Source: Ignavibacteriota bacterium (GTDB taxonomy: Bacteria > Bacteroidota > Ignavibacteria > UBA10030). Taken from it: DNA of 64,000 nt. The notes below the pieces were generated by a model that was not told the DNA's origin, did not search any database, and was given only the letters and a program-made list of their open reading frames with translations. The position numbers and the translations under genes are program-made. Every line of letters starts with the position of its first letter. Positions within the stretch are counted from its first letter, which is position 1. Below are positions 9,215 through 19,834 of the stretch, piece by piece. The DNA lies in assembly GCA_963701295.1 (NCBI GenBank), contig OY969585.1, positions 1,280,001 through 1,344,000 on the forward strand. The letters run 5' to 3'.

Positions 9215-9739
9215 TTATGATTCCCGTTGAAAGAAAGTTGAATGCTGTCTGTACCGTCTGATGTCAAAACGACGTTGCTTTTTACCGGGCACTATTTTTG
9301 CGATTTTTTCCATCTCAACAACAAGCTCACGATTATGTTCATATCGTCCAACTCGAATTCGAATTGGAATCGCTCGGCTTTTCATCTTGATGGAAATTTG
9401 TTGAAAACGCCCGGCCGTTTGTACTAATCGTTCCTTGCCAATGTGCATCCATTCGATTTCTTTGATTTCAAAAATTCGTTCCCGATGCCGCGAATGAAAT
9501 ACCATTTGTTCTGAGGTCATGATGAATTTTCGATCGCGCCAGATATTGAGAACCAATACAATTGAGGAAATACTAAAAAAGAGCACGATGATGTATACAA
9601 TGGGATCCTTAAATACGAAACTAAACTCGTTTTCCACAAAACTCCCACGGATGCCAGCGTACAATACCATTGTTAGAAGATATATTAGTGTTTGCTGGTA
9701 ATAAAAATCGAGCTTATATTTGAATGTTTTCCCGTTCAT
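9215..9739 (-). CDS. Hypothetical membrane protein (2 TM plus basic soluble domain) inside the dcw cluster
   Basis: 174-aa ORF with 2-3 nt gaps to murG and murC; two hydrophobic segments. Confidence 0.8.
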   Translation of the reverse strand: MNGKTFKYKLDFYYQQTLIYLLTMVLYAGIRGSFVENEFSFVFKDPIVYIIVLFFSISSIVLVLNIWRDRKFIMTSEQMVFHSRHRERIFEIKEIEWMHIGKERLVQTAGRFQQISIKMKSRAIPIRIRVGRYEHNRELVVEMEKIAKIVPGKKQRRFDIRRYRQHSTFFQRES

Positions 9740-9741
9740 GA

Positions 9742-10836
9742 TTACTTCACTATATCAAGAATTCGATATGCAATCTCAGTGCCTGCATTAGGTTTCCCAA
9801 GCTTTCGGCAAGCTTCGTTCATCCGCTGCCGTTTCTTGTCATCGCTCAATAAAGAAATCACTTCATCTTTTAACATTGTCTTCACATTCCGATCTGTTAT
9901 CATAATTGCCGCTCCGGCATCGACCAATGATCGTGCATTAAATGTTTGATGATCCGCCGTCGCGTACGGATAGGGCACAAGGATCGCTACTTTGCCTAGA
10001 CGTGTCAATTCTGCCAGTGTTGTTGCTCCGGCACGGCAAACAACAATGTCAGCGGCGGCAAACGCGTATTCCATTTTATCGATGAATACGCCAACCCACG
10101 TATTCTTTTTTGTTTTCATTTCATCCACGAGTATCGTGTCTGATTTTCCTGTTTGCCATATAAACTGTATTCCAGCATCTGTCAATTCATGTATCATTTC
10201 TCTCACAGCCAGATTGATGGATGTTGCACCGAGACTTCCGCCAAATATGAGCACTGTTTTTTTCGATGGATCGAGATTGAAAAATCGAATTCCGTGTTCG
10301 TGTGATATTGTACCAAGTACGTTTCGTGTTGGTGTACCAATAAGTTCGACATTGTCTTTTTGCTTCAGCCATTGCTTTGTTGCATTGAATGCTGTAAATA
10401 TTCTTGTTGCCCTCGTTGAAAGTAACCGTGTTGTCACTCCCGGGTAACTGTTCGACTCGTGAATTATGGTCGGAATTCCAAGCATCGATGCAATATATAA
10501 TACCGGTCCGCATACATAGCCGCCGGTTCCGATCACCACATTCGGCTGAAACTTTCTTATGAGAAAGAACGATTGAACAAGTGAAACGACTCCTTTTATC
10601 AGAAACAGCAAAGTATCCATTCGAAAGCTACGATGGAATCCACTGATCCAGATATTTGCAAACGCATATCCTCGCTGAGGAACAATGCGCGCTTCAATTT
10701 TTCCTTTGGTGCCGATAAACAAGAATTCTGCATTTGGATTCACTTTTCTTATTTCATCTGCGATGGCGATTGCCGGAAATACATGACCGCCGGTTCCGCC
10801 TGCCGCGATGAGAATTCTCAGTTTCTCTTTCAGCAC
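9742..10836 (-). CDS. murG: Lipid II GlcNAc transferase MurG
   Basis: GGTGGHVFP, GTGGYV, HESN, GGSLGA, RAGATT, HQTFNA. Confidence 0.98.
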   Translation of the reverse strand: MLKEKLRILIAAGGTGGHVFPAIAIADEIRKVNPNAEFLFIGTKGKIEARIVPQRGYAFANIWISGFHRSFRMDTLLFLIKGVVSLVQSFFLIRKFQPNVVIGTGGYVCGPVLYIASMLGIPTIIHESNSYPGVTTRLLSTRATRIFTAFNATKQWLKQKDNVELIGTPTRNVLGTISHEHGIRFFNLDPSKKTVLIFGGSLGATSINLAVREMIHELTDAGIQFIWQTGKSDTILVDEMKTKKNTWVGVFIDKMEYAFAAADIVVCRAGATTLAELTRLGKVAILVPYPYATADHQTFNARSLVDAGAAIMITDRNVKTMLKDEVISLLSDDKKRQRMNEACRKLGKPNAGTEIAYRILDIVK

Positions 10837-10839
10837 TCT

Positions 10840-12027
10840 TTAATACACTTTTCCGAGATCCGTCTCCGGTGTAAGTGTCGACACGTCGCTTTCTATGGAT
10901 TTAACCATCCGTGGATGCAAATCCGTGTGCGCTGAAATATTCAGTAGCACGCCGATGGAAAACGCCGACAGCATCAAAGACGAACCTCCATAACTGATAA
11001 ATGGCATCGGTAAACCTGTGGTAGGAAAAATTCCCAATGCCACACTCGCATTCACTAATGCATACAACGTAATTGTGCTTGTAATAGCAATAGCAAGAAA
11101 TCGGGCGAAGTCATCTTTTGCGTATTTCGCAATCCGAAAACCGCGCAGCATCACAAATAAAAATGCACACAGCACGACGAATGTACCGAGCAATCCATAT
11201 TCTTCTCCGACAATGGAATAAATAAAGTCATTGTATGATTCGGGCAAAAACAAATCACGTTGTCGGCTCTCGCCAGGACCGACGCCGAATAATCCGCCAT
11301 TACCGAAGCCGATAATACCTTGCCAGAGTTGATAATTATGTTTGCTGTTCGGATCTCCTTGTACGAAATGCATGATGCGCTGCAACTGATAGGGACGTTT
11401 CAATACATATGCCATAAACAGCACATAGAGAGTAAACAGACAGATGGCAACGAGAATCATTCCGAGAAGATGTGGAAGTCGGACACGGCCGACATACAGG
11501 AGCACAACCGTCAGCACAAACAGCATCAAACTCGTGCTGAGATTGGGTTGTGCAAGCACTAACCCGGTAACAGTCCCAATCCAGATGATGACAGGGAGAA
11601 ATCCTTTTTTAAAATCTCTGATAGTTTCACCTTTTGTTGCAAGCAAAAGACTTATATGGAACAGCAACGCAAATTTTGCAAATTCTGACGGCTGAAATCC
11701 TAATCCGCCGAAGCGAAGCCAACGAACGGCACCTTTCGCTTCACCTCCGAGCACGAAAGTGATAATTAAAAATAACACGGAGATCATAAGCGCAAGCTTT
11801 GTAAATTTCCTATAGAAACCATATGGAATGCTCAAACCTACAAACAATGCACTAATGCTGAGCAATACTTTGATTGCATGCAGGTCGAGATAATGACTTT
11901 GAGTCTCGAAGCGCTTCAATGACCATTCTGCAGATGCGCTATAAACGACGCCGAGACTAACAACCATCAGTCCGAGCACGACAATGAGCAACCAAATGTC
12001 AATATGATTTCGTTGAATCTTCAGCAT
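10840..12027 (-). CDS. ftsW: SEDS peptidoglycan polymerase FtsW
   Basis: GAVRW, FQPSEFAK, LPESYNDFI, PFISYGGSS; dcw position. Confidence 0.96.
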   Translation of the reverse strand: MLKIQRNHIDIWLLIVVLGLMVVSLGVVYSASAEWSLKRFETQSHYLDLHAIKVLLSISALFVGLSIPYGFYRKFTKLALMISVLFLIITFVLGGEAKGAVRWLRFGGLGFQPSEFAKFALLFHISLLLATKGETIRDFKKGFLPVIIWIGTVTGLVLAQPNLSTSLMLFVLTVVLLYVGRVRLPHLLGMILVAICLFTLYVLFMAYVLKRPYQLQRIMHFVQGDPNSKHNYQLWQGIIGFGNGGLFGVGPGESRQRDLFLPESYNDFIYSIVGEEYGLLGTFVVLCAFLFVMLRGFRIAKYAKDDFARFLAIAITSTITLYALVNASVALGIFPTTGLPMPFISYGGSSLMLSAFSIGVLLNISAHTDLHPRMVKSIESDVSTLTPETDLGKVY

Positions 12028-12127
12028 TGATTATTCTGATGACGTGGTTGTTTCGCAGATAACAGATTATACAGATTTATATTCCGCGAATTTAACAATC
12101 TTTGTACAGTTAATGATATCTTTGAAA

Positions 12128-13483
12128 TCATAAATTCTTTACAAGTTCTTTGAACACTTGACCGCGGTGTTCATAATTCTTAAACCAGTCGAACGACGCG
12201 CATGCCGGCGAAAGGAGAACCACATCTCCAGATTGTGCGAGGGACCGAGCTGTCGCGACTGCTTCATCCATCGATGCTGTCTTTGTAATGGTGGACGTTC
12301 CACGAAATGCTTGTTCTACTTTATCTGCCGATTCGCCGATGGCAACAATCGCCTTCACTTGGTTCTTCACAAGTTTGGCTAATCGGGAATAGTCATTTCC
12401 TTTATCACGACCTCCAAGGAGCAGCACAATCGGTTCCTTGAATGCTTGCAGCGCGTACCATACCGAATCCACATTAGTAGCCTTCGAATCGTTATAATAG
12501 CGAACGCTGTTAAGTTCTCGAACAAACTCCAGACGATGTTCAACTCCTTCGAATGTCTTCAATGTCAATTGAAGCGAATCTGCCTCAACTCCAAGCAGTT
12601 GTCCTGCAAGCGCTGCTGCCATCGAATTATAAAGATTGTGTCTGCCTTTGATGAAAATCTGATTGATGTCGATAATTTCCGTCTTGACTCCTCCAAGAGA
12701 AATGACAAGCTTTTCGTTTTCAACGAATGCACCTTCGTTCAATTTTTGCTGTATGCTGAAAGCAACCTTACGGCTTTGTGCTTGAGAAACAACTCGGTTT
12801 GTCCATTCATCATCTACGTTGTAGATGAGCACATCATCAGACTGCTGATTCTTAAAGATTCGTGCTTTGGAAGCCGCATACTTCTCCATCGAGTGGTCGT
12901 ACCGATCCATGTGATCCGGTGTTATATTGAGCAGAATTGAAATCTTTGGCCGGAAAGCATCGATATGATCCAATTGAAAGCTGCTCACTTCCAGAACGAC
13001 AATATCTGTTTCAGCCAGCTCCAAAACGATAGATGAGAATGCCGTTCCAATGTTACCAGCAACAACATGTTTTTTCTTTGCATGGTCGAGTATCCTTCCA
13101 ATTAAAGTTGTGGTTGTCGTTTTTCCGTTGCTACCGGTAATTGCCACAATGGGTGACCGGCAAAACCAACTACTAACTTCAAGTTCACTGACAACTTGAA
13201 TACTGCGTTTCCGTGCTTCAAGAACAACAAGCGCGTTGCTTGGAACACCAGGGCTAATCACCATTAACTCGCAATCATAGACATGATTGGAATGCTTGCC
13301 GACCTCAAATTCAATTTTTTCAAAATGAAGGTCGGAAATTGAGGATTTCAATTTCTCTGCCGATGAAGAGTCGCTTATAAACACATCAGCTCCTTGCGAA
13401 TGCAGCAGTTTTGCAACTGCTACGCCGCTACGCGCTCCGCCAATGACAGATATTTTTTTTCTATGAAGACGTGTAATGTTCAT
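12128..13483 (-). CDS. murD: UDP-MurNAc-L-Ala-D-Glu ligase
   Basis: SPGVP, GSNGKTTTT, LEVSSFQL, NDSKATN, LSPACASFD. Confidence 0.98.
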   Translation of the reverse strand: MNITRLHRKKISVIGGARSGVAVAKLLHSQGADVFISDSSSAEKLKSSISDLHFEKIEFEVGKHSNHVYDCELMVISPGVPSNALVVLEARKRSIQVVSELEVSSWFCRSPIVAITGSNGKTTTTTLIGRILDHAKKKHVVAGNIGTAFSSIVLELAETDIVVLEVSSFQLDHIDAFRPKISILLNITPDHMDRYDHSMEKYAASKARIFKNQQSDDVLIYNVDDEWTNRVVSQAQSRKVAFSIQQKLNEGAFVENEKLVISLGGVKTEIIDINQIFIKGRHNLYNSMAAALAGQLLGVEADSLQLTLKTFEGVEHRLEFVRELNSVRYYNDSKATNVDSVWYALQAFKEPIVLLLGGRDKGNDYSRLAKLVKNQVKAIVAIGESADKVEQAFRGTSTITKTASMDEAVATARSLAQSGDVVLLSPACASFDWFKNYEHRGQVFKELVKNL

Positions 13484-13491
13484 TCTGAAAA

Positions 13492-14616
13492 TTATCGCAC
13501 TTTAAACGTTGCCAAACTTAATATCATCAGCAAAATGGCAATGATATAAAACCTTGTTACAATCTTTGGCTCTGCCCAGCCGAGCAGTTCAAAATGGTGA
13601 TGAATAGGCGCCATTTTGAAGACGCGCCTGCCTTCACCGTAGCGTCTCTTAGTATATTTAAAATAGAATCGCTGAATAATAACCGACACTGTTTCCATCA
13701 AAAATACACCGCCGAGTGTCGGCAGCAATAATTCCTTTTTAATAAGGACGCACATAGCACCAATAACACCGCCAAGTGCGAGCGACCCGGTATCGCCCAT
13801 AAATATTTCCGCCGGATGTGAATTGAACCAGAGAAATCCTAAAGCTGCGCCTGTGATTGCTGCACAATAAATTGTCAGCTCACCGTTTCCGCGAAGATAG
13901 GGAATAGTGAGATATTGGCTCCAAATTGCATGCCCTGATACATATGTTATGATGGCGAGTGTAAAGCAAACAATACCAACATTGCCGATAGCTAGTCCAT
14001 CGAGTCCATCTGTTAAATTTACAGCATTCGATGTTGCGGTAATGACGAAAACTACCATCGGTATATAAAATATCCCAAAATCGAATTCAAGATATTTAAA
14101 GAATGGAACTGTCGTGGTTGATTTTAACCGAACTAACTCCGGATCGATCCATTGCGGGAAAAAATAGATCACACTGCCGACAATCAATCCCACAAGAACT
14201 TGACCGACAATCTTGTACTTGCCGATGAGTCCTTTTGGTTTTTTTCTGACTACTTTTAAATAGTCGTCTAAAAATCCAACAGTGCCGAGTGTTACCGTAA
14301 CAAAGAGAATGAGCAAAATATACACATTCTTAAGATCTGTCCAGAGTAGCGCAGGAATCACAACCGAGAGAAGAACAATCAGTCCGCCCATGGTCGGAGT
14401 GCCGGCTTTTATGAGATGTGTTTTGGGTGCTTCAAGTTTTGCTGCCTCGCCGATCTGGAGTTCACGTAGCTTACGAATGATTTTCGGTCCCAGCCAGAAT
14501 GAAATAATTAACGCTGTCACTGCGGCGGCGCCGGCGCGAAAGGTGATGTATCGGAAAACACCAAAACCTGGAAAGGCAAATGTTCTATGCAAATATGTAA
14601 AAAAATAGAACAGCAT
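13492..14616 (-). CDS. mraY: Phospho-MurNAc-pentapeptide transferase
   Basis: GTPTMGG, NAVNLTDGLDGLA, FMGDTGS, MAPIHHHFE. Confidence 0.98.
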   Translation of the reverse strand: MLFYFFTYLHRTFAFPGFGVFRYITFRAGAAAVTALIISFWLGPKIIRKLRELQIGEAAKLEAPKTHLIKAGTPTMGGLIVLLSVVIPALLWTDLKNVYILLILFVTVTLGTVGFLDDYLKVVRKKPKGLIGKYKIVGQVLVGLIVGSVIYFFPQWIDPELVRLKSTTTVPFFKYLEFDFGIFYIPMVVFVITATSNAVNLTDGLDGLAIGNVGIVCFTLAIITYVSGHAIWSQYLTIPYLRGNGELTIYCAAITGAALGFLWFNSHPAEIFMGDTGSLALGGVIGAMCVLIKKELLLPTLGGVFLMETVSVIIQRFYFKYTKRRYGEGRRVFKMAPIHHHFELLGWAEPKIVTRFYIIAILLMILSLATFKVR

Positions 14617-14619
14617 CAG

Positions 14620-16032
14620 TTATGATTCTCCCTTTTGTGAAAAATGCTCATCGAGAGCGAAAACTACTTCTTCCATTTTCATTCCGCGCGACCCTTTGAT
14701 GAGAACAATATCACCATCATCGAGTGTATGAAGCAAATGTTCGATAAGCAGGGTTTTATTTTCAAAATGTCCTTTGGTCTCCACGGACGCAGCATCATAT
14801 GTATGCTTTGAGAGTGCGCCAACGGTAAAAAGAATATCAACATTGTACTGAGCAAGGGCTTTTCCAATTTGTTGATGTAACTCTTCTGATTGATGTCCGA
14901 GTTCCAGCATATCAGACAGCACTACAATCTTCTTCCCCTTTGATACTATGGTATGCAGCGTTGCTAATGCTGCACAAGTGGAATCGGGATTTGCATTGTA
15001 TGTATCATTCAAGATGGTTATTTTTGCAATCTGATGAATTTGCATCCTTTTGCTGACTGATTGGAATGAACTAAGAGCTTTTTGAATATTTACACGCGGT
15101 ACTTTCAAAGCAAGACCCACTGCTGTTGCAGCAAGAGCATTCTGTGCATTATGTTCTCCGGGAGCACCCACAGTGATGTCGAATGCCTTCTTGGCTCGTG
15201 GTTTCACTCGCAAGAGGGCTTGAGCATTCGCGTTATATGATTCTACTGTTCCCTTGATGGATACGCCGCGAGATGAGAATCCGTAACGCACTCTTTTCTT
15301 TAACCTCTTTGTTAAATATGCAAGATTCTTGTCATCCGTATTGACGAAAGAAGTACCGTTGTGCTTTGCCAGCCAATCAAAGAGTTCACCCTCAGCATTA
15401 GCGACGCCTTCTATCGAGCTGAAGAATTCCAGATGCTCACGACCAATGTTGGTGATTAATCCGTGTGTTGGTTCTAAAACGGTGCAGAGATATTTAATTT
15501 CGCCCGGATGATTAGTGCCGATTTCGATAACTGCGATCTCATTTCTTTTCTTTAAGCGAAAGAGTGTCTGCGGCACACCTATATGATTGTTGAGATTTCC
15601 TTCTGTGCACAACACGTTATATTTTTGACTGAGGATATCCTTCAGCATTTCTTTTGTTGTTGTCTTCCCGTTAGATCCGCCCACTGCAATAAACGGAATG
15701 GCGTACTTTCGTCGATACACCCTAGCAAGATATCCAAGAGCATGGATAGTGTTTTCGACGATGAGTCTGGGGATATGGATGCTCACCATCATTGTTGCAT
15801 TCGCTTCTGCCCATCGGCGCTCAACAATAATACCGCCTGCACCCATTTCGATTGCTTTGGAAATAAAATTATGTCCGTCGAATTGATTACCTCGAATGGC
15901 GATGAAGAGTTCACCTGTCTTAATAGTCCGTGAATTAATCGAAATACCGGGGATTCTAAAATTCTTCAGTCCATCAAACCCAATCGCTTTCTGATGCGGA
16001 AGTGCGAGGATGTCGGGCTTGGTCAATTTCAT
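14620..16032 (-). CDS. murF: UDP-MurNAc-tripeptide-D-Ala-D-Ala ligase
   Basis: GSNGKTTTKE, NNHIGVP, DTYNANP, DMLELG, KGSRGM. Confidence 0.97.
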   Translation of the reverse strand: MKLTKPDILALPHQKAIGFDGLKNFRIPGISINSRTIKTGELFIAIRGNQFDGHNFISKAIEMGAGGIIVERRWAEANATMMVSIHIPRLIVENTIHALGYLARVYRRKYAIPFIAVGGSNGKTTTKEMLKDILSQKYNVLCTEGNLNNHIGVPQTLFRLKKRNEIAVIEIGTNHPGEIKYLCTVLEPTHGLITNIGREHLEFFSSIEGVANAEGELFDWLAKHNGTSFVNTDDKNLAYLTKRLKKRVRYGFSSRGVSIKGTVESYNANAQALLRVKPRAKKAFDITVGAPGEHNAQNALAATAVGLALKVPRVNIQKALSSFQSVSKRMQIHQIAKITILNDTYNANPDSTCAALATLHTIVSKGKKIVVLSDMLELGHQSEELHQQIGKALAQYNVDILFTVGALSKHTYDAASVETKGHFENKTLLIEHLLHTLDDGDIVLIKGSRGMKMEEVVFALDEHFSQKGES

Positions 16033-16135
16033 TATTGTGCGCTCAGAATATTTTTATGAAACGCAGACCATTGAATCCACAGACGACACATCTGTGAAAT
16101 TCTGGATCTGTCGAAAATCAGAGTTATCAGTGCAA

Positions 16136-17632
16136 TCATAAAAGATTTTCCAGAACTTCGCGATCACTGAAATGGATTTTCTCTTGACCAACTACCTGAT
16201 AATCCTCGTGCCCTTTTCCTGCAACGAGAATGACGTCACCGCGCTGTGCACAATTGACAGCACGTTCAATTGCTGTTCTCCTGTCTATTTCACGTAACAC
16301 ACTTGCGTGACGAATAACACCGTGCATAATGTCATCAATAATTTTTTCTGGATTTTCAGTCCTCGGATTATCAGTCGTTACGATGACAATATCGCTATAT
16401 TCGCCTGCAATACGACCCATCAATGGGCGTTTAGCTTTATCACGATCACCTCCCGCACCAAACACAGTTATAATACGGCCTCGATTTTGTGTCGGCAGAA
16501 TTTCGTGAATGGTTTTCAGGCAATTCTCAAGCGCGTCCGGTGTGTGTGCGTAATCGATGATTCCGGTCCATCCTTTAGGAGAAACAATACGTTCAAATCT
16601 CCCGCGAACATTTTTTAGATTGTTGATACCAGTTATAATTTGTTCGCGTGGAATTCCAAGTGCAATACCGGCAGAATATGCTGCGAGGACATTATAAACG
16701 TTAAACTTTCCAATAAGCGGCATGGTGAATGTGAATTCTCCGTGTCCATTGCTCAGCGTAAGCGCTGTTCCCGTGATGCTAAACTTCATATTTTTTACTT
16801 GAACATCGGCGGCAGAGGTAATACCGTAAGAAATTGCTTTTGTGGTGATAGCGTCTCGTATTTGAACTCCTCTCCGATCATCATGGTTGATGACGGCACA
16901 ACCAGATGGCTTCAAATCCATAAAAAGAGTTTTCTTTGCTTCGAAATACTTTTCCATTGTTCCATGATAATCGAGATGATCTTGTGTCAGATTTGTGAAA
17001 ATTGCAACATTGAAGTCGAGTCCGTAGACACGGGACTGATCCAGTGCATGCGAAGAGATCTCCATCGATACCGATGTGCATTTTTCCTCTACCATCGAAG
17101 CAAATAGTTCGTTGAGCTCAAGCGATTCTGGTGTTGTATGCGTAGCTGGAATGACACGGTCGCCGATTTTATATTCAATTGTCCCGACCAAGCCAACCTT
17201 CTCTCCGGCAGCTTCCAGAATCGACTTCACCAGGTGAGAGGTAGTAGTTTTTCCGTTTGTACCAGTTACACCGATAAATTTTAATTTCTTTGATGGATGA
17301 CCATAAAAATTCGACGACATCATAGCAAGTGTTTTTCGCGTATCGGGTACTACAACTTTGATAACACCAACATGCATACAGAACGAATCTGGAAGTGCAT
17401 TATCATCTTGTAGGACAACAACTTTCACGCCTTGATTGATAGCACCCTGAAGATAGGCATGTCCGTCACTTGTCGTTCCCTTGAGTGCGACAAAGCAATC
17501 ATCGCGCTGAACTTTCCGTGAGTCGTACTGGAGTTTGTTGATTTCCACTTCATGTGTAACGACCATCTGCCCGTACATCGTTTGGAACAATTTGGAAACC
17601 GTAACACCTTCGAGTAGTTGAGAGAGTTTCAT
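16136..17632 (-). CDS. murE: UDP-MurNAc-dipeptide-meso-DAP ligase
   Basis: GTNGKTTT, TNLTQDHLDYH, DYAHTPD, DNPR (DAP-type), AGKGHE. Confidence 0.98.
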   Translation of the reverse strand: MKLSQLLEGVTVSKLFQTMYGQMVVTHEVEINKLQYDSRKVQRDDCFVALKGTTSDGHAYLQGAINQGVKVVVLQDDNALPDSFCMHVGVIKVVVPDTRKTLAMMSSNFYGHPSKKLKFIGVTGTNGKTTTSHLVKSILEAAGEKVGLVGTIEYKIGDRVIPATHTTPESLELNELFASMVEEKCTSVSMEISSHALDQSRVYGLDFNVAIFTNLTQDHLDYHGTMEKYFEAKKTLFMDLKPSGCAVINHDDRRGVQIRDAITTKAISYGITSAADVQVKNMKFSITGTALTLSNGHGEFTFTMPLIGKFNVYNVLAAYSAGIALGIPREQIITGINNLKNVRGRFERIVSPKGWTGIIDYAHTPDALENCLKTIHEILPTQNRGRIITVFGAGGDRDKAKRPLMGRIAGEYSDIVIVTTDNPRTENPEKIIDDIMHGVIRHASVLREIDRRTAIERAVNCAQRGDVILVAGKGHEDYQVVGQEKIHFSDREVLENLL

Positions 17633-17644
17633 AAGCAGATCAAT

Positions 17645-19834
17645 TCAATATAATGATGCCTGTGCCATGCTGCGCGGCATGCAGGTAAGTGTGATAGATG
17701 AGCCAAGCCGCGTTCGTTCACCCGCGTTTGGGAATTGTTGTGTCACAACACCGGATCCCTGTACTTTTACTTCAAATTCATCTGAAACAAGCCGATTCAT
17801 TGCGCGACGAATGCTCATTCCCCGTACATCCGGCACTAAAATCATTCCATCAGACGAAGCAACGGATTCTCCATTGAGGATGAGAGAGATCGTCTCGTCT
17901 TTTTCGACTTTTTTCCCCGGTTCAGGAGTTTGCCTAATGACTAAATTGCCCTTTCCAAATATCTGACAATTGAGTCCGTAGTTTGTGAGCAGTTTTTTTG
18001 CTAACGACGATTGCAGCATACGTACGTCGGGAACAACAATACCGTCGTGGGTAGCAGGATCCTTTGCAATTGCAGTTCGAGAAAATTTATACGATGTCAT
18101 AATCACGCGTTCTGCAATGGCACGAAACACCGGTCCAGTGGTGCTCCCACCGTAGTACCCTTGTGAGCGCGGATTGTCCATCATCACTAAACAAACGACT
18201 TGCGGATCTTCTACTGGATAAAAGCCTACGAATGATGCCGTATAGTTATTCTCCACGTATTTTCCGCCAAAATACTTGCGCGATGTTCCGGTTTTACCAG
18301 CGATACGCACATCATTGATTTGCACTTCTTTTCCTGTTCCGCGTTCAACAACTCCTTCAAATGCAGGTAAAAGTTGATCAAGTGTTTTCTGTGATACAAC
18401 GCGTCTGATTGCTTGCGGCTTTTGCTCAGCGATCGTTGCGCCGTTACCGTCTTCAATGTGAGCAACGACAAAGGGTTTCATGAGCATACCTTTGTTGGCG
18501 ATAGCCGCATACGTACAGACAATTTGAAGGGGTGTTGCACCGATTTCATATCCATACGACATAGTTTGAGTCGTAGTGCTTGACCAGTCTTGATCGATCG
18601 GTTTCTTCAGCACACCGCGGACTTCACCGGGAAGATCAATTCCTGTAATCATCCCAAATCCAAAGTCTCGTGCTTTGCGAAATAATTTTTCCCCGCCAAG
18701 TAATTTTCCCACTTTTGCAAGCACGATATTGGAGGATACCTCGATCGCTTCCTGAAACGTAAGATAGTCAAACTCGTGGGAATCGTTGATGAAACGAAAC
18801 TTATTACCGCCAAGCGACACTTTCATCTTTCCATGTTCAGCATTGAAACGGCTTCCTGGTGTAACGAGATTGTTCTCAAATGCAGCAGCTGCTGTAACCA
18901 CTTTAAACACAGAACCCGGTTCAAACACATCGCTGACGATACGGTTGCGTGCATCAGCTATGTTGAGCGAATTAACATCGTTTGGATTGATGCACGGATA
19001 GACGGACATTGCAAGAACTTCGCCTGTCTTTGGATTTACCATCACCGCACACCCACCATCAGCTTTGTTCACTTCAACACCGTGCTTCAATTCTTCGTCC
19101 ACAATCGCTTGATATTTGACGTCGATGGTAAGAAAAATGTCTTTCCCGTTTATTGGTTCGCGACGAGGATAATCTGCGGAAGGACGTACACGTCCCAATC
19201 CGTCTCGTTGCATGACAACAGAACCGTTGAAACCCTTCAATTCGTTATCATATTGAAGTTCGATACCTGAGATTCCTTTGTTGTCGATATTGGTAAACCC
19301 AAGCAGCGCTCCGGCAAGTTCATCGTAATGATATAACCGTTTCGGTTCGTTGATGACCACGATGCCTTCGAGTTTTGCCGCTTCGATTCGGTGAGCGATT
19401 TCAGGGGTCACTCTGCGTTCAAGCCAGACAAATCGTCGCATGTTTTGGTCTTCATTTGTCTCGCGAATTTTTTCAAGATAGAATGAAGAGGGCTTTCCAA
19501 AAACGCGCGCAAATATTTCTGCCACATGGTCTTGATGGTCACCAATAATCTTTGGGTCAGCAGCAAATGAAAGTAATATCGTGTTCGAAACAACGACATT
19601 ACCGTTCCGATCGAAGATGTTTCCGCGCGTTGCCGGCAAGATGAATGATCGTTCATACTGCTTTCGTGCTAAGTCTTTGTACGTACCGGCATCGATAATC
19701 TGGATCTTCACTAACCGGGAAAAAATAACAGTGAAGAAAATGGCAAAGATGAGTTTTAGTACCAAAAAACGGGAACGGGAGAGAGAATTGGTCTCTTTTC
19801 CCTGAACAGCTCGTTCTCTGTCCCGATAGGTCAT
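17645..19834 (-). CDS. ftsI: Class B penicillin-binding protein FtsI with two C-terminal PASTA domains
   Basis: RGNIFDRNG; EPGSVFK (SxxK), SSN, KTGT; two VPDVR repeats. Confidence 0.95.
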   Translation of the reverse strand: MTYRDRERAVQGKETNSLSRSRFLVLKLIFAIFFTVIFSRLVKIQIIDAGTYKDLARKQYERSFILPATRGNIFDRNGNVVVSNTILLSFAADPKIIGDHQDHVAEIFARVFGKPSSFYLEKIRETNEDQNMRRFVWLERRVTPEIAHRIEAAKLEGIVVINEPKRLYHYDELAGALLGFTNIDNKGISGIELQYDNELKGFNGSVVMQRDGLGRVRPSADYPRREPINGKDIFLTIDVKYQAIVDEELKHGVEVNKADGGCAVMVNPKTGEVLAMSVYPCINPNDVNSLNIADARNRIVSDVFEPGSVFKVVTAAAAFENNLVTPGSRFNAEHGKMKVSLGGNKFRFINDSHEFDYLTFQEAIEVSSNIVLAKVGKLLGGEKLFRKARDFGFGMITGIDLPGEVRGVLKKPIDQDWSSTTTQTMSYGYEIGATPLQIVCTYAAIANKGMLMKPFVVAHIEDGNGATIAEQKPQAIRRVVSQKTLDQLLPAFEGVVERGTGKEVQINDVRIAGKTGTSRKYFGGKYVENNYTASFVGFYPVEDPQVVCLVMMDNPRSQGYYGGSTTGPVFRAIAERVIMTSYKFSRTAIAKDPATHDGIVVPDVRMLQSSLAKKLLTNYGLNCQIFGKGNLVIRQTPEPGKKVEKDETISLILNGESVASSDGMILVPDVRGMSIRRAMNRLVSDEFEVKVQGSGVVTQQFPNAGERTRLGSSITLTCMPRSMAQASLY

